Assembly (NCBI RefSeq): GCF_009914755.1
Contig: NC_060925.1
DNA from: the human T2T-CHM13v2.0 reference genome, Homo sapiens
DNA length: 64,000 nucleotides
Reading direction: 5' to 3' (one strand)
Below are positions 1 through 16,041 of this stretch, in pieces; position 1 is the stretch's first letter; every line of letters starts with the position of its first letter. Both the position numbers and the translations under genes were made by a program. The notes under the pieces are model-generated. The model ran no database searches. It had not been told where the DNA came from and saw only the letters and a program-made list of their open reading frames with translations.

Positions 1-457
1 AGCTCAAATTTGAGTAGGGAAGATAGTCATTAAAATGAACTGTTGCAAATAAGTATATAATTACAAAGTACACAGTATTGATGGGAATTTTATTTATTTG
101 TGGTGTTATTAAGTTCTGATCATAAAAATGCCTGTTCACTTGAGACTGTTCAGCCAGGAGCAGCATATGCAGGCCTCCTGTTAGATGATCCCCTTGCCGC
201 TTGCAGTGAACTTAACAATAGCTGTCCATGAAGGCCTTCCTTGAAAGTGATGTGAAAAAGAAATACTAACTTTTCTGTGTGATATACTCATCTAAATTCC
301 AGAGGCCTTGGCTTGGCATCCATCCAGCTCTTTGGCACAGACTGCCTGCAGTCCCCTACATTTGACTCTGTAATGTGTTGGTAAATGTTAGCTGGCTGAT
401 GGGGAAAAAGATCTAAATTACAGAGCTTGCCAATTTCTGTGGAACAAATATTTCTAC

Positions 458-1022
<565 letters not shown>

Positions 1023-2475
1023 TCTATTAAAGATAATTTCAAGCCGTCATGCAGAATTCCTTCAGAGATTTCTCTAGCCACCATTATACTGAGCTTTAAG
1101 GCTGAATCTGTCTCAGAGGAGATATCCCTCACGGGGTGACCACTCCCCAAGGCACAAAAAGAAGTGACCTAGCAGTTTTCTGACACAAATGCATGATTAG
1201 AGCCCCCCAAACAGCTGCTAAGCCAGCTGTAGTATTAAACCCCTTCTCCCTACCAGATCCAAGGTTCAGTCCTCTGGCCACTGCCCCTCCCCACCTCCTT
1301 GAAGATTATGCGTCATTAATCTGCAATCTTCTCTATTCCTCAAGCTCTTTGGAAGCCAGAATGACTGCCATTCCTTCCACTCTCTTGTTATGCATATATT
1401 ATGCCATAAACTGAAAGCTTTACTTTCCTCAAGGGAAACATTTTGAGTATGAATACCTTATTTTAAGAGTTAAAACAAAATTTAATACTTTTCTGCCCAT
1501 TTTTCTTCTTGCTGTGATAGTACTATTTTACTTAAGGCAATGAAGATGCTGCTGATTGACCAGGGAAAGGATCAGGAGTCCAGACAATTAAAAATATTAA
1601 TATTTTAGAAAGCTCAGTCTACTCTACCGCTTATAGTCAATGGACATCTTTCATTTGATGCCTATAAATCCGTTAACAATATCACATCATTTAACTAGTG
1701 TCTGTATTCATTGGTTAGAACCTGTGGTACATCTGTGGAGGGAAGTCTACTTTCATTGTACACAGGGAAGAGAGGGGAGAAAGCATCAGGAAGCCTTCTC
1801 TAAAGAACCACCTGATTGGGTCACCAGGAGAATGGATGAGGGAGCTCTAATTAAGCCCTTTGTGTTGAAAAACTGCCAAGTCACCTTTTTGGTGCCATGG
1901 GGAGTAATCACTCTGTGAGGGATGCCTCCTCCAAGACACAGATTCAGCTTTAGAGTTCTGTATAATGGCGGCTAAAGAAATATTTGACAAGTGAAGCAGA
2001 GAATGTTCAGAGAAGGGTTCTATCAGGATCCCTCATTCTTCCTCTCTTAGGTCTCTCTTCTGTTGTCTGTCATAGAGACAGACAAGGGACTTGTCCCACA
2101 TCCAGACAAGGGACTTGTCTCCATTTTGTGGTCAGTGAAAGGTAGATTGGCTATCCTAACATCTAGAATTCTCTTTGGATTTTGGGCCATTTTATAGGTG
2201 ATGTAAATAGACTTCCTGAGGACATTCTTTGACAGATTTTCTGAGGATGTTCCATAGCGGCCTCCAGGGTAAATCTGAGTCACTGATTGATGTAAACTTG
2301 GGGTTCTCATTTCTTATGCTCTTTTAACTTACGTGGGGTAGATCAAATTAAGTCCTCTTGACAGCTAGGATTTTATTATTAAAACAGTAAAGCCTATTTC
2401 TAGCAATGCCACAGGGAGGATAAAAATAAAACCAAAGTTGTATCTTTTATTTATTTTTTTCCCTGATCCTTCCTG

Positions 2476-2575
2476 GAGGTAGGTTACTTCTTATGAATAT
2501 GACTCTAAAGACATTTGCCATCTTAGAGGTAGGTTACGTCTTATGAATATGACTGTAGAGACATTTGTCGTCTTA
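2476..2575. repeat. Tandem duplication, 2 x 50 bp
   Basis: GAGGTAGGTTAC(T/G)TCTTATGAATATGACT..TCTTA at 2476 and 2526; 5 mismatches in 50 nt. Confidence 0.95.
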
Positions 2576-3544
2576 TGCAAAAACAAACAAACAAACAAAA
2601 AAGAATTGGATGAAATAGGATAACTCAGACGCCTGCCCTACCCCAGGCCACATAGTTATTGACCTGGAGAAGGCAATAAAGGACAGTGTTGGATCTTAGC
2701 AGGACTCTGAGATAATCAGTGAACCCATGTCAAAATAGTGCACCCTGCTGACTTGGCAAGTCCTTCAAGTTTTTGGTACTCAGTTTATTGATGTTAGAAT
2801 AGAGGATGGGTTAGAGGTTGTTGAGTTCTAGAGTTCTATTCTTGGATCATGTACAGAAATGGTTCACCCTCCCAAGTAGGTCAGTTGAACATTTCCTGAC
2901 TTCTTAAACTTTGGGATGGCCTTTTTCTTCTTTAAATTACCTTCATGCAAGCTTTCTAGGCCTTTGTCATGCTTGCCCTGATGAATTATTTGTGCATGTT
3001 GCTCTGCTATAGAACATTACAAGGCATTAGTGGATAAGAGCAGATAAGAGACAAATGAGTTAAGTGCGGAGACTCCTTACATCAAAGCCCATGGTCTTGC
3101 CAGACTTTCCTAGGTGTCAAGGTGCCAGTCATGGCAGATTCTTCATCTTGACTCTAGGCACCCTTCTGTACTCCAGGGCTCTCAACTTCTCCTTGTCCTC
3201 TGCGCAGAGCATATAGGAACTTCTGGATTGTTTACAATTTGTGGAGATTTCTGAAGCTGTGTTCCATTGAGGAGACACTGGGTGGACAAGAATTTTACTT
3301 GCGTCTTCTCTAATTCCTTCTTTCCCCTATCAGGATCTACTGGGGACAGAGGCGGACGGTTATAGGGTTTTTTCTACTACCTAAAATAGAAAAGTACATT
3401 TTTAAAGAAGAATATCCTTGCTATATATGTAATACAATTGGGGAGCATTTTAAAGGATTATCATCTTATTTACTATCCTATGGTTTTATTTCCCTTCATG
3501 TGTTCTTTTCTAGCAGTATTTGCATTTTTGTTTTTTCCTGATAC

Positions 3545-4300
3545 TATAACTAGTGCATAAAAGTTTGAGGAACATAATATTTACATACTCATAAAGTGTT
3601 TCCCTACAAATAACTTATTAATTGCAAAAGAAAAGAAAAGTAACTTTTCAGTAGTGAAACCTTACAGACCTACCTTAGCCAAGTTCTCAAAGTCAATATC
3701 ATCTTAATAGGACAAGCTAATATCATATATACCCAGATGTGATGCACTGAGCAGGATGTGGTATTTCAGCCCCAAATGCATAACTTAAACCCATTTGTGA
3801 GAAAGTATCAGACAGATTCAAATCAAGGAATATTTTACAAAATAACTGCCCTCCATTCTTCAAAAACATAAAAATCACAAAAGATGAAAGAAGGTTTATG
3901 AACTATTCTGGGAGATTAAAGGAAACTAAACAGATATGCCAGTTAAATACAATGTATAATCTTGAATTAATAAGACAGTTGGAAGAATTTGAATGTAGAC
4001 TGTAAGTTAAATGATAATACTGTATTAGTGTTAATTTTCCTGAATTTGATTATTGTACTTTGGTTACTTAAGAGAAAGCCCTGTTTTTCTTAAGAAATAA
4101 CACAGCAGAGAACTAAGGGATAAAATGGCATGATGTCTACAGCTTACTATAAAATGGTTCAGAAAAAAGAAATGTCTGGATGTGGAGAGAGTGCGAAAGC
4201 AAAGTGGGAAAATATTAACATGTACAGGAAGCATATACAGGAGTTCTGTGTACAATTATAACTTTTCTGTGAGTTAAAGATATTTTGAAAATAAAAGGTG
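3545..4300 (+). mobile_element. Ancient L1 3' end (L1MC-like)
   Basis: Degenerate L1MC-type 3'UTR motifs (GATGTGATGCACTGA.., TACAGGAGTTCTGTGTAC..AACTTTTCTGT..AAAATAAAAGG). Confidence 0.6.
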
Positions 4301-5283
4301 AAACAGAGAAGAAAGAAAACAGGCTCCAGGAACACAGGTTTATTGTATGGCTTCTCCTTCCACTGCTCCATGGAAATGACCACTTCTGACGTCATTGATA
4401 CCCAATTTGTTGCTAAATCATTAGACATTCTTCAGTGATGATCTTATTCAACCTTTCAAAAATAGCTGGTAATGTTCATCATTCTCTTCTTTTTTAGCTT
4501 GTTCTTCCTGTGACTTTCCTAACAACTCACTTCCCTTTATCCTTTTATAACCAGTCTCTTTGAGGGCCCTCTTTGCCATCTCTACACTTTAAGTGTTGTT
4601 GTTTTTTGGAATGTTGTCGTAGGCTCTCTTTCCTTCTGAGTCTGTACATTCCTCCTGGTTGTTTTATCTCCCCCATAATTTGTAGATCTAGTTCAGGTTG
4701 CTCTTGGGTTTCAGACTTATACATGCCATATTCTGTGGCTCTCTCCTTTGATTATTCCTCTGGGCATATCAAAATCAACCTACTCCAAATTTGTTATCTT
4801 TCTTACCTTCCTTGATCCTACCCTGGTATCCCCCAGACCTGGTCATTTTTCATTGTGTCCGTCTCAGAGAAATGTTGCCGAGATCATCCATTACTCATAT
4901 CGGAACCTGGACTTGACACTTCTTTATTCTTGCCTCTCTATAAACATCTTCCTCTTTATAGCCGGAATAAACATGTAATAGGATCCATCTAAAAGTCTTG
5001 CATTGGTCAGTCAGCCTACATGATAGAGCCCAAACTATTGAGCATGGATATGATTCTTTATTATTTAGCTTTAGCTTTCTTTTCTTCCTTTATCTGCTGC
5101 AACTCTCACACACTCTTTTCTAACCATCTGAAATTCTTTCAGTTTCTCAGAGATGCTGGATTACGTTTTGATTTTTCCTCCAAGAACTTACATGTATTGT
5201 TCATCAGCCTTATCATGAACCCTACTTATTTCTGCTACTTGGGAAACTTTTTTTATGGGGCTTGCTCTTTCTCCCTCTCTGTC

Positions 5284-8537
<3,254 letters not shown>

Positions 8538-9503
8538 TGCTACCTGAGTAACTTCTACTCAGATTCAGATCACAGCTTCAGGGTCACTTATCGTGTGCAG
8601 CATGTCTCATTCTCTTACATCCTGTGCATCAGGAACATTCTGTACTTTCTGTGGCACACACTTATCACACGTTTGTATCAGTCTCTTGCAGGTGTCCTCA
8701 CTGGATTGTCAACTTGAGAGATCAGGTCTGTCTACTTCATAGCTGCAGCCCTAGTGCTTAGCAGAGTGCCTGGCAAATAGTAGATGCTTAATAAAAAATT
8801 TTGAATGTATGAATGAGTAATTGTAATCCATGGCAAAAGCAGATATTAGAGAACCTTACTCTTACTATGCATGTACATTTGCCTACTGATTCATTACAAC
8901 TTTGTATCATAAGGAATCCTAGAAGACCATCAGTCCAAAGTATTAAACACTGCAAGTGATTATCTGGCTTTTGTCTGACTCTTATAGTCCTTTACTCTAT
9001 TTTGGCCGCAGTTACTTTAGCATGAGCTTGCTTTCCATAGCTTGCACCAATTGATTTGTTCTTTGCCTTGAAGCATCAGAATAGGTCTGTTTCCTTTTCC
9101 ATGTTTTAATCATTCACATAGTTGGAATCAGCTAGCCTGCATCTTTCTACTCTCAGCCTTCTTTTCTTCAGCACAAACACCTCCAATTCCTTCAACTTTT
9201 ATATGTGAAAAGTTGCCTTAGCATACAGCATGCTATTTTGCCATTGTCCCTTATAAAGAATGGCATCCATAATTTGACAAAACATTCAGAACATAGTGGA
9301 AGAACAATGTGTAATCATGACTGCATTAACCTGGCTATTAAATAGTTTGCATACTGATGAGGCTAAATACACTGATCCTCTAACCTTTGCTTCTACAAAT
9401 ATTATTATTAATAGTGATTATAAGAATTATTATCATACCTAACATATATTGAGCACATATAGTATAATAGAGTAAGCACTTTTCACATAGTACTTTATTT
9501 GGT

Positions 9504-9843
9504 ACTTAAAACTCAATGAAGTATGTAGTAACAATATGCCTTTTTAACAGATGAGGAAATAATTTGCCCAGGTAACTAAGGAATGATGGTTCCAGGAATG
9601 GCTATAATATACTGCTAAACTGTTACTAGGTTTTGTCTTGACTGATGTCTTTCAATCGGTTAATTTTAGGACTTAAAACTCAATGAAGTATGTAATAACA
9701 ATATGCCCTGTTAACAGATGAGGAAATAATTTGCCCAAGGTCACATAACTAAGGAATGATGGTTCCAGGAATGGCTATAATATACTGCTAAACTCTTGCT
9801 AGGTTTTCTCTTGACTGATATCTTTCAATCAGTTAATTTTAGG
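9504..9843. repeat. Tandem duplication, about 2 x 167-173 bp, containing a MIR-like fragment
   Basis: ACTTAAAACTCAATGAAGTATGTA..TTAATTTTAGG at 9504-9670 and 9671-9843; the second copy keeps the MIR core TTGCCCAAGGTCACA. Confidence 0.95.
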
Positions 9844-11694
9844 CTCTAACGTAAAATGGTTTTAAACAACATGATGTGTGATTGCCTTATTGTAAACCGT
9901 GGAATTTTTGTTAGATAATCGATATCTAACATCTTAAAAGATTTCAGTAAATTCAGATATTGAATTCCTTGTTATGTAAACATGCAGTTACCTCACATCA
10001 CCAAAAAGTTGCATTGAGATGACAGAGACATAGAAAAATAATTATTGAAAATTTCCATAGTGTGCTCGAGGGCAGGGAAAGCATTGTGACTGACACAACA
10101 GGAGTGGATCTGGGGATGTTATGAGTCATACCGATGCAGAGGGACCATGAACTCTTTTTGAGTTGAGGAGCCCACATCCCCCATAGAAGCAAAACAGAGG
10201 ATTCAAAAGATGAAAATTTCCAAGAGAACTTCATAAAGTCACCAAAATTAAAAGCAGAAATGGGTCCAAGGGCAGTCAGCCTATAAATTAGTTCAAGTTC
10301 TGTGGAACCACTAATCCTAACTTTTTGGTAGCTGCCTCCAGTCTTTGCCTCCAGAATCAAGCTGTGTTTTCCAAACAGAGCTGTGTTACAGATATTCCCA
10401 GAGCAGGCAGCAGGCCTGAGAAACAGTAAGACAGCTGTACACTGGTGGCTGCTTTGAGAATTGGGAGAACCTGTCCCCAGAAATCCTGTACAATGCACTC
10501 CTACATGAAAGTCCAGACTCCAGTCTCCCCTCCTTCACCAGCACTACTTCAGCCTGGGCTCCTTGAACCAGAATCTTCCATATACCACCAGAAAAATCAT
10601 GGTTCCCACTAAGGCTAGAAAATAAATTTCTACTAAAATACTAACCAATCTAGTATTGTATTTTGCTTACAAGTATGAGGATATGACCAGGAATTTTCAA
10701 CTACTCGTAGAAATTGTCCTAAGTAAAGAAAGTGTAGGATTTCTCTCAAGGAATTGAGTTACTACGTGGTTCAACACTGAAAAAGAAATTAATATAATTA
10801 TTATTTTCATGGCATAAGAACAGGCTAATGGAAAAAAAAAGTCAAAGTTCTTGAACATTAGATACATTGAAAACAAATCCCTCAGTAGATGAGTTGACTA
10901 GCAATGAACACGGAATTGACTAACTGTTTGAGTAGGAGGAAGAGAAAGATGGAAATATTGTAGGGGAAAATATGTGGGTTAAAGTGACTAAACATTAGCT
11001 CACCCTCACTCCATGTTCTTTTTGTATCAGACAAATAGAACATTCATTTTCTTTTCAAATAACAATGAAATAAATACAAAAATTGACCATAATAAAGCCA
11101 CAAGGAAAATCTCAATGGATTCCAACAAGTAAAAATCACACGGCCCATAATCTTTGAACTACAATGGTCATTAAACTGGAAAGTAAAGTAACAACGACAA
11201 AAAAAAAAACCAATCCCAAAATATCTGCTCACATTTTTGAGTAACAGATAACTAAAATCAAAGTTCCAAATTAATTTAATATGAAGGACAGTAAGAGGTT
11301 TGCTGATCAAAAGAGGTACTCTATGTACTTCTAGAAGTATATTTTTTAACCCAAGCATATATGTGTAGACAGTGCTTCTGCTATTAAAAGTAAATGAAGT
11401 TGAGCTACTTGAATAGTAACAAGTAGATATCCTTGCACAAAACTGGAAAGGCTTTAAGATCTTTAAAACTTTAAAGAAGTTTAATAATTTTAAGTTTTTA
11501 GATATTGCTTTTTGGTAAATATTGAATAAAAATACTTTAAAGTTGCTACTAAACTTTAATCTTTAAATAACTTAAGCATATCTGAATACTCTCGAATTAA
11601 GGCAATATAGTATTCTCAGTGTGTTCTGAATGATAATGAAAGCTTTATAGTCAACAGGATTATCAGCAATAGAGAGATAGAAGTAAGTTTAATG

Positions 11695-12748
11695 TGCCAA
11701 AAGCAGTTGCAACCAAAGCCAACATTGAAAAATGGAGTATAATTAAGCCAAAGAGCTTCTTCACAGCAAAAGAAACTGTCATCAGAGCAAACAGGCAACC
11801 TACAGAATGGAAGAAAATTTTTGCAATCTACCCATCTAACAAGTCTAATATCCAGAATCTACAAGGAACTTAAACACATTAACAAGAAAAAAAACCGATA
11901 AAAAACTGGGCAAAAGATATGAACAGACACTTCTCAAAAGAAGACATTTATGTGGCCAAAAAACATATGAAAAACAGCTCAACATCACTGATCATTAGAG
12001 AAATACAAATCAAAAGCACAATGAGATACCAACTCATGCTAGTCAGAATGGCGATTAGTAAAAAGTAAAGAAACAACAGAGGCTGTGGAGAAATAGGAAC
12101 ACTTTTATACTGTTGGTGGAAATGTAAATTAGTTCAACCTTTGTGGAAGACAGTGTGGTGATTCCTCAAGGATGTAGAACCAGAAATACCATTAGAACAG
12201 CAGTCCCATTACTGGGTATATACCCAAAGGATTATAAATCATTCTACTATAAAGACACTTGCACACATATGTTTATTGCAGCGCTATTTACAATATCAAA
12301 GTCATGGAACCAACCTAAATCCCCATCAATGATAGACTGGATAAGGAAAATGTGGTACATATACACCATGGAATACTATGCAGCCATAAAAAGGAATGAG
12401 ATCATGTCCTTTGCAGGGACATGGATGAAGCTGGAAGCCATCTGCCTCAGCAAACTAACACAGGAACAGAAAACCAAACACCACATGTTCTCGCTCATAA
12501 GTGGGAGTTGAACAGTGAGAACACATGGACACAGGGAGGGGAACAACACACACCGGGACCAGTAAGGGGTGGTGGGAAGGGGAGGGAGAGCATTAGGACA
12601 AATAGCTAATGTAAGCAGGGCTTAAAACCTAGATGATGGGTTGAGAGGTGCAGCAAACCATCATGGCACATGTATACCTAGGTAACAAACCTACACATTC
12701 TGCAATTGTATCCCAGAACTTAAAGCAAAAAAAGAAAGAAAAAAGAAA
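11695..12748 (+). mobile_element. 5'-truncated L1PA 3' end (about 1.05 kb), sense to KCNK2
   Basis: ORF2 C-terminus (ORF 12143-12511 ..[21 protein letters not shown]..) followed by L1 3'UTR and A-rich tail. Confidence 0.95.
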
Positions 12749-13061
12749 TATTTAATGAAAATATGATTTTGAAAAAATAATAATGATAATGAAAACATTA
12801 TTGCATGTGTCGTCACCTCAGTTTTCATCATCTCACAGTTTAATTGGAATATTAACTATACTTTGTATATTTTTGAAATATTTGCTTATAAGAATATCTT
12901 ATATTAGAACATATTACAATAGTATGTAATACAAACGTATTCTTAACTAGTCAAAATCAATTATTGATATCTTGCAATTTTTTGGAGTTTCTGAATCAAT
13001 CTTGAGTTCATATGTTTTAAACAACTATTATTCATTTGTAAACAATGTAATTTTTTTAAAG

Positions 13062-13222
13062 GATTTGGAAACATCTCACCACGCACAGAAGGCGGCAAAA
13101 TATTCTGTATCATCTATGCCTTACTGGGAATTCCCCTCTTTGGTTTTCTCTTGGCTGGAGTTGGAGATCAGCTAGGCACCATATTTGGAAAAGGAATTGC
13201 CAAAGTGGAAGATACGTTTATT
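13062..13222 (+). CDS. KCNK2: TREK-1 potassium channel internal exon (exon 4, 161 nt, phase 1 to 0): end of pore loop 1, M2
   Basis: Acceptor tttttttaaag|GA, donor ATT|gtgagt. Translates (G)[53 protein letters not shown], matching TREK-1, and splices in frame to 15855. Confidence 0.98.
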
Positions 13223-13483
13223 GTGAGTATGATAGATATTTAACTACGTATATTTATTGTTTGATTTTTTTAAAAAATTATATCTTTTCTGTCACCTCAG
13301 ATACAATTAGACATTCAATTATTAGGGCTTCCATAACAATTTATATGCATCTCTACTGGCATGTAACTCACTGTTTTTTAATTATGTTTATACTTAATCT
13401 GAATGAATAAATTGATGCATGAGAAAAACTCAAAAGTATAAACAGAAAAAAGTAGGAATTCAAAAGTCTTAGATTCAAATTTC

Positions 13484-13809
13484 TTTTACTTTTTTCTTTT
13501 TCTTTCTTTTTTTTTTTTGAGACAGAGTCTTGCTCTGTTGCCCAGGCTGCAGTGCAATGGTACAATGGGTGCAATCTTGGCTCACTGCAACCTCCACCTC
13601 CCAGGTTCAAGCAATTCTCGTGCCTCAGCCTCCTGAGTAGCTGGAATTATAGGCACCCGCCACCATGCCTGGCTAATTTTGTATTTTTTAGTAGAGATGG
13701 GGTTTCACCATGTTGGCCAGGTTGATCTTGAACTCCCGACCTCCAATGATCTGCCCATCTTGGGCTCCCAAAGTGCTGGGATTACAGGCTTGAGCCACCG
13801 TGCCCAGCC
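13484..13809 (-). mobile_element. AluS, antisense, in intron 4
   Basis: Long poly-T, full dimer. TSD AGATT(C/T)AAATTTC at 13471-13483 / 13810-13822. Confidence 0.95.
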
Positions 13810-15766
13810 AGATTTAAATTTCATATGTAGTGTCTCCCAGCTATATTCTCTTAAACTAGTTATTATCCCATCAAACCTACATTTTCTTATTTGTATAACT
13901 TGAATAATGGTACTATGGAGGCATCACTCTGAGGGTAGGTGGCATTATAAATTTAACTTTAACATAAGTAGTAAATGACTGACTGTACTTTATTATTTTA
14001 AAATTTGTTTTGATACCCTTATAAAGCCCCTTTGGGAAAGATGTAGTCTAAATAACAAACATAATAAAGGTGATCATATAACTTAATTCAGTAATGCCAT
14101 TGATAGGAATGTATCTACACAATGTAATTTAGTAGAACCAAAGGTGTAGAATACATGGAGATTTTCAAGTTGTATTATAGTCAACAAAAAATGAAAATGC
14201 TTTTGTTAGAATTTTAAGTGAAAAATAAGAATACTATGATGATAAACTTGAGTTCTTGGAAGAAAATTATGGAAAAAGTAACTGTTCCTGTTAGAGGGTG
14301 GGATTATAAAGGATTTGTTACTTCTAGCACCACTGTTGCAAATAAATTTTGTTCATTGTTTAGTAATGTTTTATACTTTCACACAAAGTTCAACAAAATA
14401 TTTACATTTAACTCTACTGATGAAATAAAATATCGAGTATTGTTTTCTCAATTTGGATTACAGTTCCAGTTTTAGCACTAGTCATGATTTAAGATCAAAG
14501 TTAGATCTCAAGCATTTTGTTCAACATTGTGTTGAAATAGAATAACACAGTTATTCCAAAATTGGAGTTTTATTCTTTTTTTGTATTATACTTTTATTTA
14601 AAAGAATTATCTGTTTATATTAATCAAGAGGGCAGATTGACGGCATAAACATGGTAATGTTGAATTCTTCGTTCATTCATTCAACAAATTTTTTAGTGCC
14701 TCCTAGATGCTGGGTAATATTTTTTATGTTGCATATATACCAGTGCATAAAAAAAGTTCCATGCCCTTATGGTGATGACATTCCAGTAATCATGGTTCAG
14801 TGTTTGGTACCAAGCACTATTGTATAATCTTTGTAAACATGAACTCATTTAACTCTCACAGGTAAGATGAGGATGGTTGACTAGAGGAATGTCTATGTAC
14901 CCTTTCCATTCTGTGATTTCATAGGTCTTTAAAAATTCTCAAGCTCTAACATTCAGTGATTTTCATATGGTGTAGTTTGTGACCTATATTTTTTACAGTA
15001 AATAGGACAGATCCAGTCAGATTTAAAATATATGGTAACTAGCCTCGAATAGAAATCTGGATATAAACTGTTGTATATATACCAACTTCATTTAATGCAT
15101 TACACTATAGAGATTTTTTTACTGGAGAAGGAGTTTTAAAAAATGGGTATTCTGATGACAGCTATGGCCTAGGGGTATTGAAGACTTATCCTTACCTGCT
15201 GATCTTATAGCTTTGTTAGTTATACAATTTAGTATCATAGAACAGAGAATTCACCTGGTTCATGTTGGAATCAAACTGTGAAGGTTAAGCTGTTAGTATT
15301 ATGCTGTAATCAATTAAATTGATGATAAGAAAAAGTGATGGAAGTGACAGAAAAAAACTTTATGAAATTAATGTTTATCAATGAACAATTGTAAATACTT
15401 AATTCTTGTTTCAGTGTCTCCATTTTCATATGGTTCTGGATTGTATTTGGCCTGAAATCAGTTGTATGTATGATTATAGAATAGAAATATTTCAGAAGTA
15501 CTCTAGGTAAACAAATAATGATGCAAATCTAAAATTGCATTCTCAGGGCAAATGTAATTTACCCTTTCAAAAGAATTTCACCTGTTGTAAAGCTATGTGA
15601 GGATAAAGTAGCATCATTGTTAGCATTGATTGATTTATTGATGATACCTAATTTTCATAAGTAAAGACAATTAAAAACTAAGTGTAAAAGAAAATAAAAT
15701 AACATGCTTACTTGCTAATTTGCTCATAATAGTGTATAGGTTAACTTTGTGGGTATACAAGTAATT

Positions 15767-15836
15767 TCTCTCTCTCTCTCTTTGTCTCTCTCTCTCTCTC
15801 CCCCCATTTATATACATATATATATATACACACACC
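15767..15836. repeat. Compound microsatellite (TC)n-C6-(TA)n-(CA)n directly upstream of the exon 5 acceptor
   Basis: TCTCTCTCTC..TTTGTCTCTCTC..CCCCCATTTATATACATATATATATATACACACAC seen directly. Confidence 0.9.
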
Positions 15837-15854
15837 TTTCTGTCTCATCCCTAG

Positions 15855-16041
15855 AAGTGGAATGTTAGTCAGACCAAGATTCGCATCATCTCAACAATCA
15901 TATTTATACTATTTGGCTGTGTACTCTTTGTGGCTCTGCCTGCGATCATATTCAAACACATAGAAGGCTGGAGTGCCCTGGACGCCATTTATTTTGTGGT
16001 TATCACTCTAACAACTATTGGATTTGGTGACTACGTTGCAG
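15855..16041 (+). CDS. KCNK2: TREK-1 internal exon (exon 5, 187 nt, phase 0 to 1): M3 and pore loop 2 (TIGFG filter)
   Basis: Acceptor ccctag|AAG, donor GCAG|gtaagc. Translates [62 protein letters not shown](G). Confidence 0.98.

Noticed and set aside
9998-10498. 166-aa minus-strand ORF
   Set aside because: No recognisable domain or splice context; length is compatible with chance in 64 kb of six-frame sequence.
12972-13175. 67-aa ORF overlapping exon 4
   Set aside because: An alternative frame starting at a non-ATG intronic codon; the real frame is the TREK-1 one.
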